Shown here piece by piece: positions 26,016 to 40,929 of a DNA stretch of 64,000 bases; the stretch's first letter is position 1, and each line of letters begins with the position of its first letter. This DNA is from Nitrospirales bacterium. GTDB taxonomy: Bacteria; Nitrospirota; Nitrospiria; Nitrospirales; UBA8639. The stretch lies in contig OZ242269.1 of the NCBI GenBank assembly GCA_965207175.1, positions 1,479,765 through 1,543,764 of the forward strand. Direction: 5' to 3'. The position numbers and the translations under genes are program-made. The notes beneath the pieces were generated by a model. The model was given only the letters and a program-made list of their open reading frames with translations, made no database searches and was not told the DNA's origin.

Positions 26016-27479
26016 ATGATGGTTCGGTTGCTGATTGTCGGTTTCTGCTTTTGGGTGATGGGCGGGTGTGTCCTGGGGCCGGAGTATGCACGGCCGACGG
26101 TGGAGACTGGTGACGGTTTTCGGATGCAGCCGGGCGGCAACGGGGAGTCATCTCTGGCCGATCTGGCCTGGTGGGAGCTTTTTCAGGATGAGCATCTTCA
26201 AAGCCTCATCCAACGGGGGCTGCTTGAGAACAAGGATGTACGACGTGCGGTCTCTCGCGTTCGAGAAGCCCGCGCCCAGGTCGCCGCGACCGAGGCTGAA
26301 CAATTTCCGCAGATTGAGGGTGACGCCAGTCTTCAACGGAATCAGACGTCGTTCGCCAGGGCACGGCAGTTCGGCGTACCCGGCATCGGCGGCCGGGAAG
26401 GTCCCACCACGAGCCAATTCAAATCCACGGCGGGACTCTCGTTTGAAATTGATCTGTGGGGGAAACTGTATCGAGCCACCGAGGCGGGCCAGGCGGCACT
26501 GCTCGCACGAGAATGGGCACGCCGGACGGTCGTCCTCACGCTGATCAGCGAAATTGCCCAAGCGTATTTCGACCTTCAACACCTGGATCGGGAACGCGAG
26601 ATTGCCGGGCGTACGCTTCAGACCCGACGCGCGTCACTCGATATTATCAGGCTGCGAACACTCATGGGGCAAAGTTCGACGCTGAATATTCGTCGCGCGG
26701 AGCAGGAGGTGGCCCGTGCCCAGGCCGTGATCCCCGACCTTGAACGCCGGCTGGGGCAAAAGGAACATCACCTTAGCATCATCACGGGAAGCAATCCGAC
26801 GACCATCGTTCGCGGGGCGTCTTTGCGGGATCACCTCCTGGCACCCGATGTGCCCGCCGGACTGCCTTCGGCTTTGCTGGAGCGGCGTCCGGATATTCTG
26901 GAGGCCGAGCAACGGCTGGTCGCGGCCAATGCCAACATCGGCGTGGCCCAGGCGGCCTTTTTCCCCGCCATTCGTTTAACGGGAGATTTCGGCGCGCAAA
27001 GTCTGGCCTTCTCCGATCTCTTTGCAGGCCCGGCACGAGTCTGGTCGCTTGGGCCCTCTATCACCCTGCCCATTTTTAGCGCGGGGCGCCATCGGGCCAA
27101 TTTGGAAGTGAGCAAAGCCCAACAGGAACAGGCGCTCATTGCCTACGAACAGATCATCCAACAGGCCTTCCGGGAAGTGGAAGACGTCCTCCTTGCCCAT
27201 CACGCCATTCGAGAAATCCGAACGATCCGGGAACGCCTGGCCGACGTCTCGCGGGAAGCCGTGCAGTTGGCGCACCTCGAATACCTGAATGGGAAAGCCT
27301 CCTCTCTGGATGTCCTGACGGCGCAACGCGAGGCGTTTGACGCGGACATTGCCCTGGCGCACACACAACGCGATCAGCGAGTCGCCGTGGTGCAATTATA
27401 CAAAGCCCTTGGGGGAGGATGGCATCAGCCCCGGACTGACGAGGCGGACGACCCCGCCATACGGGAAGAGTCCCGGTGA
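26016..27479 (+). CDS. RND efflux outer-membrane factor lipoprotein (NodT family)
   Basis: Met-19 of ORF 25962..27479 gives MMVRLLIVGFCFWVMGGCVLGPEY, a lipobox with Cys. Two OEP repeats are present and the C-terminal LYKALGGGW motif is typical of NodT/OprM-type OMFs. Confidence 0.88.
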   Translation: MMVRLLIVGFCFWVMGGCVLGPEYARPTVETGDGFRMQPGGNGESSLADLAWWELFQDEHLQSLIQRGLLENKDVRRAVSRVREARAQVAATEAEQFPQIEGDASLQRNQTSFARARQFGVPGIGGREGPTTSQFKSTAGLSFEIDLWGKLYRATEAGQAALLAREWARRTVVLTLISEIAQAYFDLQHLDREREIAGRTLQTRRASLDIIRLRTLMGQSSTLNIRRAEQEVARAQAVIPDLERRLGQKEHHLSIITGSNPTTIVRGASLRDHLLAPDVPAGLPSALLERRPDILEAEQRLVAANANIGVAQAAFFPAIRLTGDFGAQSLAFSDLFAGPARVWSLGPSITLPIFSAGRHRANLEVSKAQQEQALIAYEQIIQQAFREVEDVLLAHHAIREIRTIRERLADVSREAVQLAHLEYLNGKASSLDVLTAQREAFDADIALAHTQRDQRVAVVQLYKALGGGWHQPRTDEADDPAIREESR

Positions 27480-28756
27480 CCGAACCGCGGCAGACGGCTC
27501 GTGTATCGTCCAGAATGTGGCGGATTGTCCTTCCCCTTCTCATCGTCGGGTTGGCCGTCCTCGTGGCGCAGATGTTAATTGCCAGTCGTCCGAACGTGCC
27601 TAAAGTCTCGAGGGAGGCGAAACCCACCTTTGTCGAAGTCCTCACCGCGCGCGTGCAAGATGAACGGGCGATTCTCACCGCGTATGGAACCGTGCGCGCG
27701 CATCGGCTCTTGACTGTTCAACCGGAAGTCGGCGGTCGGGTGGTACGGCTGAATCCCAACGTCGTCATTGGCGGAACACTCAAACAAGGGGCGGCCCTGC
27801 TGCAGATTGATCCGCGTGATTATCAATTTGCGATAGATGAGCAACGCGCCTCTCTGGCAAAGGCGGAATTTGACGTGAAGGTGGAGATGGGCAATCAAGC
27901 CATTGCGAAACGTGAATGGGCCTTGTTGAAACCGTCTGCCGGCGAAATCAACGCGTTGAGTCAACAACTGGCCCTTCGTCGTCCGCATCTCAAGGAAAAA
28001 CTCATCGGGCGGGCCGCCGCAAAGAGTCGGTTACGCAAGGCGCAACTGGATTTGCGTCGCACGATTGTCCGAACGCCGTTTAACGCGCTGGTGCTGAATG
28101 AATCCGTGGAGACGGGTCAACTCGTCAACGCGCAAAGTCCCGTGGCGACGCTGGTGGGCACCGATGAGTTCCGGGTGCAAGTGAGCGTGCCGATTCACCG
28201 GCTGGAGTGGATCGTGTTTCCCGGCGCGGGCGGGCAACCCGGGTCGCGGGTGCGGGTGATTCGGGACCGGGGCAACAGCGAACCGGTGGTACGGCGGGGA
28301 ACGGTGGTCGAATTTCTGGGCGACGTCACGCAGAATGGTCGCATGGCGCAGGTGCTGGTTTCGATACGCGATCCTCTGGAACTGGAACAATCCGAGGCTG
28401 TTCGGCGCCCTGTCTTGCTGGGCGAATATGTCCGCGTTGACATTGAAGGGCCCATGTTGCACGGCGTGACCGTGTTGCCCCGTCACGCCATACGGGAAGG
28501 TTCCCGCGTCTGGATCAAAAATTCCAGGCGGCAATTGGAGGTTCGTCCGGTTGACATCATCCTCTCCCGAAAGGAGACGGTCCTGGTCGGCCGGGGACTC
28601 CAGGACGGGGAAGCCGTCATCATCAGTCAAGTGCCCGCGGCGATTCCCGGCCTTCCGGTGCAAACCCTTGATGAAACACCCCCCGGCGACCCGACCGGCC
28701 GGCATGGCCCCCGTCCCGAAACGGGGGATCCCGCGTCAGAACCGCACACGAGCTGA
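27476..28756 (+). CDS. RND efflux periplasmic adaptor (membrane fusion protein, HlyD/AcrA family)
   Basis: GTG start overlapping the OMF stop. It has an N-terminal TM anchor, a coiled-coil hairpin region (AKAEFDVKVE...KSRLRKAQLDLRRT) and RTIVRTPFNALV beta-barrel motifs. Confidence 0.85.
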   Translation: MTEPRQTARVSSRMWRIVLPLLIVGLAVLVAQMLIASRPNVPKVSREAKPTFVEVLTARVQDERAILTAYGTVRAHRLLTVQPEVGGRVVRLNPNVVIGGTLKQGAALLQIDPRDYQFAIDEQRASLAKAEFDVKVEMGNQAIAKREWALLKPSAGEINALSQQLALRRPHLKEKLIGRAAAKSRLRKAQLDLRRTIVRTPFNALVLNESVETGQLVNAQSPVATLVGTDEFRVQVSVPIHRLEWIVFPGAGGQPGSRVRVIRDRGNSEPVVRRGTVVEFLGDVTQNGRMAQVLVSIRDPLELEQSEAVRRPVLLGEYVRVDIEGPMLHGVTVLPRHAIREGSRVWIKNSRRQLEVRPVDIILSRKETVLVGRGLQDGEAVIISQVPAAIPGLPVQTLDETPPGDPTGRHGPRPETGDPASEPHTS

Positions 28757-28764
28757 CCCCGTCC

Positions 28765-31700
28765 ATGGCATCGAACGCTCGCGCTCACGCAACGTCCGGA
28801 CCCATTGCCTGGATGGCCCGCCACACGGTAGCGGCCAATCTCGTCATGCTGATTTTTATTCTGGGCGGGTTGCTGGTCAGCACCCGTCTCAAGCAGGAAG
28901 TCTTTCCGCAATTTGACGTTGATCTTATTCGCGTCTCCGTTGCCTACCCCGGCGCCAGTCCGCAGGAAATCGAACACGGTATCGTCCTCGCCATTGAAGA
29001 CGCCGTGCGAAGCCTGGACGGCGTCAAAGAAGTCACCGCCACAGTCAATGAGGGCACGGCTTTGGTGTCCATTGAACTGGTCACCGGCGTCAGCACCGGC
29101 AGTCTGTTGCAGAACGTCACGAACGAGATTGAACGCATTCAGTCGTTTCCGGAATTGGCGGAAGCGCCGATCATCAGTCTGGCCGAGGTGCGGAACCAGG
29201 TGATGACCGTGATGGTGCATGGCGATCTGGAAGAACAGACGCTCCGTGACGTGGCCGAACGCATGCGTGATGACTTACTGCAACGACCGGGGATTACGCT
29301 CGTGGAACTGGGCGGCGCGCGGGCGCGGGAAATTTCCATTGAGGTGCCGCAACGTCATCTTCGGGCCTATGGCCTGACCTTGCACCAGATTGCCCGCGAG
29401 ATAGGAGAAGCCGCCATTGAACTTCCCGGTGGAGGAGTCAAGACCGCCGGTGGAGAGGTGTTATTGCGGACGCAGGAACGTCGTGATTTTGGCCGTGAAT
29501 ACGCCGACCTTCCCGTGACCTCGACGCCAGATGGCGCCATCGTGACGGTGGCCGATATTGCGACGATCAGAGACGGGTTTGAAGAGACCGACGAAGAAGC
29601 CTTTTACAACGGCCAGCGGGCGATCCAGGTCAACGTGTTTCGAGTCGGCAGGGAAACGCCACAGTCCGTCTCCGAGAACGTCCATGCCTACCTGGATGAA
29701 TTGCGGCCGGAATTGCCGGATGATCTTGGCCTGGCCATTTGGAACGACCAGTCCGAGATTTATCAAGACCGGATGCACCTGTTATTGAAAAACGCGTTTC
29801 TTGGCTTGATCCTTGTGTTGTTGCTGCTCGGATTATTTTTGGACATCAGGCTCGCGTTCTGGGTCACGGCTGGCCTGCCGACTGCCATCATCGGGGCGTT
29901 CCTGTTCATCCCCCTGACCGGAGCCTCCATCAATATGATTTCCCTGTTTGCGTTTATCATTACCCTGGGCATCATCGTCGACGACGCCGTGGTGGCGGGG
30001 GAAATCATTTATCAAAAACGGGAACAGGGATTGCCGCCTGGCAAAGCGGCGGTGGCGGGAGCGCGGGAGATTGCCGGGCCGATCACCTTTGCCGTGCTGA
30101 CCAATATTGCGGCGTTCCTGCCCTTGTTTTTCGTGCCCGGAGACATGGGGAATTTTATGCGGCAGATTCCCTCGGTGGTGGTGGCGGTGTTTGCGGTGTC
30201 GCTGATTGAGTCCTTGTTTGTGTTGCCGGCCCATTTGTCGCGCGCACAGAAATACACCGCGTTCTGGAACATGCTTGACCGCCCGCGACGCTGGTTCAGT
30301 GAAGCCATGCAAACCTTTATACGCGAACGCTATCAGCCATTCCTCCGAATGGTGATCGCCAATCGCTATGTGACGGTGGCGGTGGGACTGGCGTTCTTGA
30401 GCCTGGCCGTGGGTACGGTGGCCGGCGGTCATCTTCCCTTACGTTTTTTCCCGGCCATTGACTCCGACATTGTCAAGGTGCAAGCCACCCTGCCCTATGG
30501 AACCCCTCTCGAACATTCCAGGACCGTGTTGGCACACCTTCAGAAAGCGGCGACCGCCACGGTTGAGGCACGCGGGGGCCAGTCTGTTTTGCGGGGCGCC
30601 TATGCCCGGATTGGTTCGTCATTGCCGCGCATGGGTCCCGGCGATACCAACCAGGATGCGTTGGGTAGCCACCTCGTTGGGATGATGGTCTTTTTGGTGC
30701 CCGCGGATGCCAGGGATTTCAGCGGCGCGGATTTTTCCAATGACTGGCGTGCGCACGTTGGGACAATCCCGGGGCTGGAGTCTCTCACCTTTAAAGCGGA
30801 AATCGGCCCGACGGGCGGCGACCCGATCGACATTCAGCTCACGCACCGTTCCCGATCCATTCTTGAAGCCGCCGCCAGGGAACTGGCCGAGGCGTTGTCA
30901 CGGTATCAGGGAGTCACGGGCATTGACACCGGCGTATCATTGGGAAAACCGCAACTGAATTTTCACATCAAGCCGGAAGCACGCAGCCTGGGGCTGAACG
31001 CGACGGACCTGGCCCAACAGGTGCGCGCCGCCTTTTATGGAGTCGAAGCGCTGCGTCAACAACGGGGACGCGATGAGGTGAAGGTGATGGTGAGGCTGCC
31101 CGATGCGGAACGCCGTTCCTCTTTCACGGTCGAACACTTGATCCTGTTCACCGAACACGGCGGAGAAATCCCCCTGGCCGAAGCCGCAGAGATTGAGCGG
31201 GGCCATGCCTATACGGAAATCAAACGCCGGGACGGGCGGCGCGTCGTGGCGGTGACGGCGGACGTTGATGATCAACTCTCCAGCGCCAACACCATCATCG
31301 GAGAAGTGACCGACAATGAATTGGAAGCCCTGAAGAAAAAATATCCGGGACTTCATTATTCACTGGAAGGCCAGCAGGCCTCGCAACAGGAATCGCTGTC
31401 GGCGATGGCCGTCGGGTTTACCCTGTCCCTGTTACTGATCTATGGGTTGTTAGCCATCCCCTTCAGCAGTTACGTGCAGCCACTGATTGTCATGCTCACG
31501 ATTCCTTTCGGCATTATCGGCGCGGTAGCCGGACATCTGCTTCTGGGCTATGGGCTTAGCATCATCAGCCTGTTCGGGATCGTGGCCCTGGCCGGCGTGG
31601 TGGTGAATGATTCGCTGGTGTTGATCGTGGCGACGAATCAAATCCACAGGGGGAAACGTGTGGCCCTCGATGAAGCGGTGGTACAAGGCGCGATGAAACG

Positions 31701-31950
31701 ATTTCGCCCCATCGTTCTCACGTCGTTGACCACGTTCTTCGGGTTGGCGCCCATGATTTTTGAGACGGCGTTGCAGGCCAGGTTTATCATCCCCATGGCC
31801 ATCTCGCTGGGATTTGGTATTCTCTTCGCCACGGTGATTGTGTTGACGATTGTGCCATCCGTCTATCTGATTGTGGAAGACCTGCCGTACAGACGCCGGC
31901 TGGCGCATGCCGGCCCGGACGCTCCACCAGAACGGACGGAGGCGGACTGA
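28765..31950 (+). CDS. RND efflux transporter permease (AcrB/CzcA superfamily)
   Basis: 1061 aa with 12-TM, two-large-loop architecture. FPQFDVDLIRVSVAYPGASPQEIE, LGIIVDDAVV and GIVALAGVVVNDSLVLI are conserved RND motifs. Confidence 0.92.
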   Translation: MASNARAHATSGPIAWMARHTVAANLVMLIFILGGLLVSTRLKQEVFPQFDVDLIRVSVAYPGASPQEIEHGIVLAIEDAVRSLDGVKEVTATVNEGTALVSIELVTGVSTGSLLQNVTNEIERIQSFPELAEAPIISLAEVRNQVMTVMVHGDLEEQTLRDVAERMRDDLLQRPGITLVELGGARAREISIEVPQRHLRAYGLTLHQIAREIGEAAIELPGGGVKTAGGEVLLRTQERRDFGREYADLPVTSTPDGAIVTVADIATIRDGFEETDEEAFYNGQRAIQVNVFRVGRETPQSVSENVHAYLDELRPELPDDLGLAIWNDQSEIYQDRMHLLLKNAFLGLILVLLLLGLFLDIRLAFWVTAGLPTAIIGAFLFIPLTGASINMISLFAFIITLGIIVDDAVVAGEIIYQKREQGLPPGKAAVAGAREIAGPITFAVLTNIAAFLPLFFVPGDMGNFMRQIPSVVVAVFAVSLIESLFVLPAHLSRAQKYTAFWNMLDRPRRWFSEAMQTFIRERYQPFLRMVIANRYVTVAVGLAFLSLAVGTVAGGHLPLRFFPAIDSDIVKVQATLPYGTPLEHSRTVLAHLQKAATATVEARGGQSVLRGAYARIGSSLPRMGPGDTNQDALGSHLVGMMVFLVPADARDFSGADFSNDWRAHVGTIPGLESLTFKAEIGPTGGDPIDIQLTHRSRSILEAAARELAEALSRYQGVTGIDTGVSLGKPQLNFHIKPEARSLGLNATDLAQQVRAAFYGVEALRQQRGRDEVKVMVRLPDAERRSSFTVEHLILFTEHGGEIPLAEAAEIERGHAYTEIKRRDGRRVVAVTADVDDQLSSANTIIGEVTDNELEALKKKYPGLHYSLEGQQASQQESLSAMAVGFTLSLLLIYGLLAIPFSSYVQPLIVMLTIPFGIIGAVAGHLLLGYGLSIISLFGIVALAGVVVNDSLVLIVATNQIHRGKRVALDEAVVQGAMKRFRPIVLTSLTTFFGLAPMIFETALQARFIIPMAISLGFGILFATVIVLTIVPSVYLIVEDLPYRRRLAHAGPDAPPERTEAD

Positions 31951-32107
31951 CCGTAACCCGCCTCCGTTGACGAATCTCCGACACCATGTCCGGTCGTCTT
32001 CCCCCACTCGACGCCGCCGAACCATACAGACCGAAGCGTGACGGGACGTGGCCCCGCAAAGGCACTGCAACGGTCAGTGGCTCAACCCGCTGGTCGTAAC
32101 GCCTCCA

Positions 32108-32530
32108 GATGACGGTGGAAATGACCCTCCCCCTCCCCGCTGTCATTCTCGCCAGCAGGCGGGAATCCAGGCCCGTTGTTTCCGATTAGGACTGGATTCC
32201 CGGGCAAGGCCCGAGAATGACGGCAAAAAAAAGACAGGCACGGGAAGAACGGCAAAAGAAAGACGCGCGCGCGAGAATGACGGAAAAAGAAAGACACACG
32301 ACACCGGGAATGACCCTCCCCTTCCCCGCTGTCATTCTCGCCAGCAGGCGGGAATCCAGTCCTGTTCTTTCTGATTAGGAACTGGATTCCCGAGCAAGGC
32401 TCGAGAATGACGGCAAAAGAAAGACAGGCACAACAATGACGGCAAAAGAAAGACGCGCGCGCGAGAATGACGGCAACACGCACGCACATCCGTCATTCTC
32501 GCCGGTAGGCGGGAATCCAGTCCCGTTGTT
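32108..32530. repeat. Hairpin-repeat array F (5 units; ~190-bp higher-order duplication)
   Basis: Plus units start at 32142, 32331 and 32492. Minus units start at 32192 and 32382. The block [GGGAATGACCCTCCCC-leader, plus hairpin, 20-nt linker, minus hairpin, AAAGAAAGACA sub-repeats, (CG)5 tract] is repeated with a 189-190 bp period. Confidence 0.9.
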
Positions 32531-32578
32531 CCCGTGCGCGCGCATGATCGTGCGGGAGCGCGGAAACCGCCTGATGTC

Positions 32579-33241
32579 TTATTGCGGCTTCGGGTCGCTG
32601 TCGAGTCGGGGGGGCTGTTCTTGTGGGTGCGGGAACACCGCGCCGTCGTCAAACAGTGTGCGAATCGCACGGTGGCGCCTGGGGCGTCCCTGATCGGGAA
32701 TGGGGCCGATCCAGCCTTTGGTGTGGCCTTGTGTATAGAGAAAGCCGCCTCGGGCCGCGTCTTGCCATGCCCGACGAAACGCCTCTTCTTCTTCGCCGTC
32801 ATGCCCGGCCAGATAGCGATGCAGCATGTCCGGTTGGGTCCAGACAGGATCGGAAAAAATATAGAGGATGACGTCCCGGTACAACGTGTTGGGATCTCCC
32901 GACGTGGTGGGGCGCACTTTCATGGATCGGAAATCGCGCGCGGCCACGCCGACATCCCGGAAGCGATGCATCAGGGTTTCGATGGCTGGGTCGCTCGTTG
33001 ATGCCGGCACATGCACGGCCACCACGACGCCTTCCTGCGATCCAATGCTGTAGGGTGGAATGGTGCGATCGGGTCTGGACAGGAACATGCCGCCGCCGAT
33101 CAGCACGAATCCTCCGATTAACACGGTCAGGCCTATTTTGACGACGGGGTCAAGCGGCGGTCTGGGGGGTGGGGTGACTGGTGTGATGCGCGAATCCATT
33201 GGTGATACGGGTAACATGGGTCGGCGGGGATTCTCACTCAC
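32579..33241 (-). CDS. Hypothetical single-pass membrane protein, translationally coupled to gyrA
   Basis: 220-aa ORF whose ATG overlaps the gyrA stop (ATGA). It has a Pro-rich N-terminus, one hydrophobic helix ([22 protein letters not shown]) and a ~150-aa soluble part. No family recognised. Confidence 0.55.
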   Translation of the reverse strand: MSENPRRPMLPVSPMDSRITPVTPPPRPPLDPVVKIGLTVLIGGFVLIGGGMFLSRPDRTIPPYSIGSQEGVVVAVHVPASTSDPAIETLMHRFRDVGVAARDFRSMKVRPTTSGDPNTLYRDVILYIFSDPVWTQPDMLHRYLAGHDGEEEEAFRRAWQDAARGGFLYTQGHTKGWIGPIPDQGRPRRHRAIRTLFDDGAVFPHPQEQPPRLDSDPKPQ

Positions 33242-35826
33242 GCATTCGGCGAGGCCGTATCGTCCGCCACGCCGGTTGCGGTGGCGGTTGCGTCGCCGGG
33301 CACGTCTGTGTCCGCATCGTCATCGCTCTCGGCGAGATTGGCCACACCGGTTGCGGTTGCGGTTGCGTCGCCGGGCACGTCTGTGTCCGCGTCGTCATCG
33401 CTCTCGGCGAGTTTGGCTACGCCGGTCACCCGGTCGGTGTCTTCCATATCAATGAGCCGCACCCCTTGCGCATTGCGGCCAATATCCCGGAGGGCGTCTA
33501 TTTTGGTGCGGAGGATTTTTCCCTCGGCCGTCAGAATCATGATGTCATCGGATTCCTTCACTTGATGGAACGAGACCGCCAATCCGTTTCTCTCCGTGAC
33601 TTTGATGCTGATGACTCCCCGGCCTCCCCGGCCTTTCGCCCGGTACTCGGTCGCCATGGTTCGTTTTCCAAACCCCCGTTCGGTCACGGTCAGGATTGAG
33701 GCATCCGTGTCCGGTCGGATAACCGCCATTCCAATCACATGATTGGTTCCCTTCAAGCGCATGCCCGTGACCCCGCGCGCGGTGCGGCCCACGGCCCGGA
33801 CATCCTGTTCCCGAAACCGAGCGACCAGCCCTTCTCTGGTCCCCAGAATGATGTCGCTTCGGCCGTCCGTGATTTCCACGCCAATGAGTTTATTGCCTTC
33901 ATCCAGCGTCAGGGCAATAATCCCGCCTTGTCGGGGATGGCCATACGCCGATAATTTCGTCTTCTTGATGTAGCCCATGCGGGTGGCCATCACCACATAG
34001 AACTCATCGGAAAAATCCCGAACGGGAAGCGTCGTGGTCACCCGTTCGTCCGGTCCCATGGTCAGCAGGTTGACCATGGCTTTGCCTTTGCTGACACGAC
34101 TGGCTTCCGGGATTTCATGGACTTTGAGCCAGTAGACTTTTCCGGCATCGGTAAAGAACAGAATGAAGTCATGGGTCGAGGCTGTGAACAGTTTTTCGAC
34201 GAAATCTTCATCTTTCACCCCCATGCCGATTTTGCCTTTTCCGCCGCGGCGCTGCGCATGGTATTCGGAAACCGGATGGCGTTTAATGTAGCCGGTATGG
34301 GAAATGCTGACGGCCATTTCTTCGTCTGCAATCAAGTCTTCAATGTTCAGCTCCGCTTCCTGCGGCACGATCCGGGTGCGGCGGGCGTCTTGATAGGTGT
34401 CTTTGAGTTCCCGCAGCTCGTCCCTGATGATCTGTGTGACCCGATCATCGGATTGGAGAATCGCCTGCAGTGACGCAATGGTGGCTTTCAGCGCGTCATA
34501 TTCCTGCGTCAGTTTCTCCTGTTCGAGTTGGGTCAACCGTTGGAGCCGCATCTCCAGGATGGCTTGCGCCTGAATTGCTGACAGCGAAAATTGCTGCGTG
34601 AGGCGGGTCTTCGCATCGTCGGGCGACGCGGCGCGACGGATCAGCGAAATGACGTCATCCAAACGATCCAGCGCGATTTTGAGGCCTTCCAGAATATGCG
34701 CGCGTTCCTGGGCTTTTCGTAACTCATAGGTCGTCCGACGAACGACCACTTCCCGGCGATGCCCGAGAAAGGCCGTCAGGATTTGCTTGAGATTCAAAAC
34801 CTCCGGCCGGTTATTCACCAGCGCCAGCATGATGACTCCAAACGTGCTTTGGAGTTGGGTATGCTTGTATAACTGATTCAGGATGACGGCCGGGATCACG
34901 CCTTTTTTGAGTTCGACCACGACGCGGATGCCGTCCCGGTCCGATTCGTCCCGAATGTCGGAAATGCCTTCAACGCGTTTCTCGTGAACCAGCTCGGCAA
35001 TTTTCTCCAGCAGCCTGGACTTGTTCACCTGATAGGGAATTTCGGTCACAATGATGCTGTCCCGATCCCTCTTGTCGTCCACCTCAATGTGTGTTTTGGC
35101 ACGAAGCGTCAGAAGCCCGCGCCCATTTTCATAGGCGTCTTTGATCCCCTGCGTGCCGTAAATAAATCCGGCCGTTGGAAAATCGGGACCCGGGATTTGT
35201 TCCATCAACTGCGCGATGGACACCTCCGGGTCGTCCAGCACGCGCAGGAGCGCCGTGACGACTTCGCCGATGTTGTGCGTGGGAATGTTCGTGGCGTAGC
35301 CAACGGCGATCCCGCCGGCCCCATTGATGAGCAGGTTGGGAATTTTGGCCGGCAACACCAGCGGCTCGACATCCGATTCATCGTACGTGGGACCAAAATC
35401 AACGGTTTCGTGATCAATATCCTCCAGCATCTCCCCCGCGATTTTCATCAGCCTGGCTTCGGTATAGCGCATGGCCGCCGGCGGGTCGCCGTCCACTGAT
35501 CCATAATTCCCCTGGCCGTCCACCAGGGTATAGCGCAGGTTGAAGTCCTGCGCCATGCGCACCAGCGTGTCGTAAATGGCGGAATCACCATGCGGATGAT
35601 AATTCCCCATGATTTCGCCGACGATCTTGGCCGACTTGCGGTAGGCCCGGTTGTGCGCCAGGCCCATCTGGTTCATGCCGTACAAAATGCGCCGATGCAC
35701 GGGTTTCAGCCCATCGCGCACGTCCGGCAACGCGCGCCCCACGATGACGCTCATGGCGTAATCCAGATACGACATGCGCATCTCATCTTCGATGGCGACT
35801 TGGGTTAACCGTGTTTCGGTGAGCAT
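33238..35826 (-). CDS. gyrA: DNA gyrase subunit A
   Basis: Met-45 of ORF 33238..35958 ([49 protein letters not shown]). The active-site segment is [10 protein letters not shown]. GyrA-box/beta-pinwheel repeats and an acidic C-terminal tail are present. Confidence 0.95.
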   Translation of the reverse strand: MLTETRLTQVAIEDEMRMSYLDYAMSVIVGRALPDVRDGLKPVHRRILYGMNQMGLAHNRAYRKSAKIVGEIMGNYHPHGDSAIYDTLVRMAQDFNLRYTLVDGQGNYGSVDGDPPAAMRYTEARLMKIAGEMLEDIDHETVDFGPTYDESDVEPLVLPAKIPNLLINGAGGIAVGYATNIPTHNIGEVVTALLRVLDDPEVSIAQLMEQIPGPDFPTAGFIYGTQGIKDAYENGRGLLTLRAKTHIEVDDKRDRDSIIVTEIPYQVNKSRLLEKIAELVHEKRVEGISDIRDESDRDGIRVVVELKKGVIPAVILNQLYKHTQLQSTFGVIMLALVNNRPEVLNLKQILTAFLGHRREVVVRRTTYELRKAQERAHILEGLKIALDRLDDVISLIRRAASPDDAKTRLTQQFSLSAIQAQAILEMRLQRLTQLEQEKLTQEYDALKATIASLQAILQSDDRVTQIIRDELRELKDTYQDARRTRIVPQEAELNIEDLIADEEMAVSISHTGYIKRHPVSEYHAQRRGGKGKIGMGVKDEDFVEKLFTASTHDFILFFTDAGKVYWLKVHEIPEASRVSKGKAMVNLLTMGPDERVTTTLPVRDFSDEFYVVMATRMGYIKKTKLSAYGHPRQGGIIALTLDEGNKLIGVEITDGRSDIILGTREGLVARFREQDVRAVGRTARGVTGMRLKGTNHVIGMAVIRPDTDASILTVTERGFGKRTMATEYRAKGRGGRGVISIKVTERNGLAVSFHQVKESDDIMILTAEGKILRTKIDALRDIGRNAQGVRLIDMEDTDRVTGVAKLAESDDDADTDVPGDATATATGVANLAESDDDADTDVPGDATATATGVADDTASPNA

Positions 35827-35863
35827 AATATGTGGCAGGGGTTGGGGGTGGCTGTGCGGTCGG

Positions 35864-39537
<3,674 letters not shown>

Positions 39538-39555
39538 AGAGAGATTCCCTTCTTG

Positions 39556-40929
39556 TCAGACTTTGCCTATTTCATCCGTAAGACTGTCCAGCGTGGCCCG
39601 CAAGGCCTGGTCGCGCGCCACGGCTTTTTCAATTTGCCGGCAGGCGTGCATGATGGTCGTGTGATCTTTGCCTCCAAACTCGCGTCCAATTTCCGGGAAG
39701 GAGGAGTTCGTGAGCATGCGTGACAAATGCATCGCAATTTGCCGGGGGTGGACCAATGTCCTGGTTCGTCCCTTTGATTTGAGTTCGGAGATTTTCACCT
39801 GAAACCGCCGGGCCACGACTTCCTGAATGCCGGCCAATGTGATGACCTTTTTTTCAGTCACCAGCAAGTCCCGAAGAACGTTTCTCGCCATATCAATGGT
39901 CACGGTCTGACCGGTCAGTGTCGAGTATGCCCCAAGACGGGTCAACGCCCCTTCCAACTCACGAATATTTTTTGTCAATCCCTCGGCCAGCACCTGTATC
40001 AGGTCGTCTCCGATGGAGAGGCCTTCCTCCTCTGATTTTTTTCGCAGGATCGCGATGCGTGTTTCGATGTCGGGCTGCTGGATGTCGGCGATTAATCCCA
40101 TCTCGAATCGAGACCGCAACCGTTCCGTCATTGAGGGCATATCTTTGGGAAACCGGTCACTGGACACGACAATTTGCTTTTTTCCCTGATACAGAACGTT
40201 GAAGGTGTGGAAAAATTCCTCCTGTGTCCGCTCCTTGCCCTGCAGGAATTGAATGTCGTCAATGAGAAGGATATCAATGTTCCTGTAGCGACTTCGAAAA
40301 TCCTCCATTCTGTCGTAGCGAATGGAGTTGATCACCTCATTGGTGAATTGCTCGGCTGTCACATACGCCGTCCGAAAGTCTCGCTTCTGATTGATGAAAT
40401 TTCCGATGGAATGCAGAAGATGCGTTTTGCCCAGTCCCACGCCCCCATAAATAAAGAACGGGTTATACTTGAGAGCCGGTCCCTCGGCCACAGCCCTGCT
40501 CGCCGCATGGACGAACTCGTTACTGGCACCGACCACAAAATTCTCAAAGGTATATTGGGGATTGAGGGATAATCTGCGAGTCGAACGATGATTGTTTGTC
40601 TGCTGTTGTGGTTTGGGATTCCCGACAGGCCGGATTGACGCGGCTGGTTGATTGTCGACAACAAACTCCAACTCGCCCACCCCTTCGCCGGATGACCGGG
40701 CCGCCCGTAGGGATTCACGGATGACCTGACGATAATTTTGCCCAAGCCACCTTCCAAAAAATTCATTGGGCACAACGATGGTGGCTTTCGTCCCGTTGAT
40801 GGCTCGCAAAGTTGTCTGTTGGAACCAGAGTTTTGTGGTATCTTCCCCAATACTTCCCTGAATAAAACACAGGGTTTTTTTCCAAAGATTATCCTCTTTT
40901 TCAATCTCAATATTCACAGCTTTATCCAC
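39556..40929 (-). CDS. dnaA: Chromosomal replication initiator DnaA
   Basis: 457 aa with a GTG start. Walker A GGVGLGKTHLLH, LLIDDIQFLQGKERTQEEFFHTFN, sensor motifs, and domain IV (HPRQIAMHLSRMLT...GGKDHTTIMHACRQIE). Confidence 0.95.
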   Translation of the reverse strand: MDKAVNIEIEKEDNLWKKTLCFIQGSIGEDTTKLWFQQTTLRAINGTKATIVVPNEFFGRWLGQNYRQVIRESLRAARSSGEGVGELEFVVDNQPAASIRPVGNPKPQQQTNNHRSTRRLSLNPQYTFENFVVGASNEFVHAASRAVAEGPALKYNPFFIYGGVGLGKTHLLHSIGNFINQKRDFRTAYVTAEQFTNEVINSIRYDRMEDFRSRYRNIDILLIDDIQFLQGKERTQEEFFHTFNVLYQGKKQIVVSSDRFPKDMPSMTERLRSRFEMGLIADIQQPDIETRIAILRKKSEEEGLSIGDDLIQVLAEGLTKNIRELEGALTRLGAYSTLTGQTVTIDMARNVLRDLLVTEKKVITLAGIQEVVARRFQVKISELKSKGRTRTLVHPRQIAMHLSRMLTNSSFPEIGREFGGKDHTTIMHACRQIEKAVARDQALRATLDSLTDEIGKV

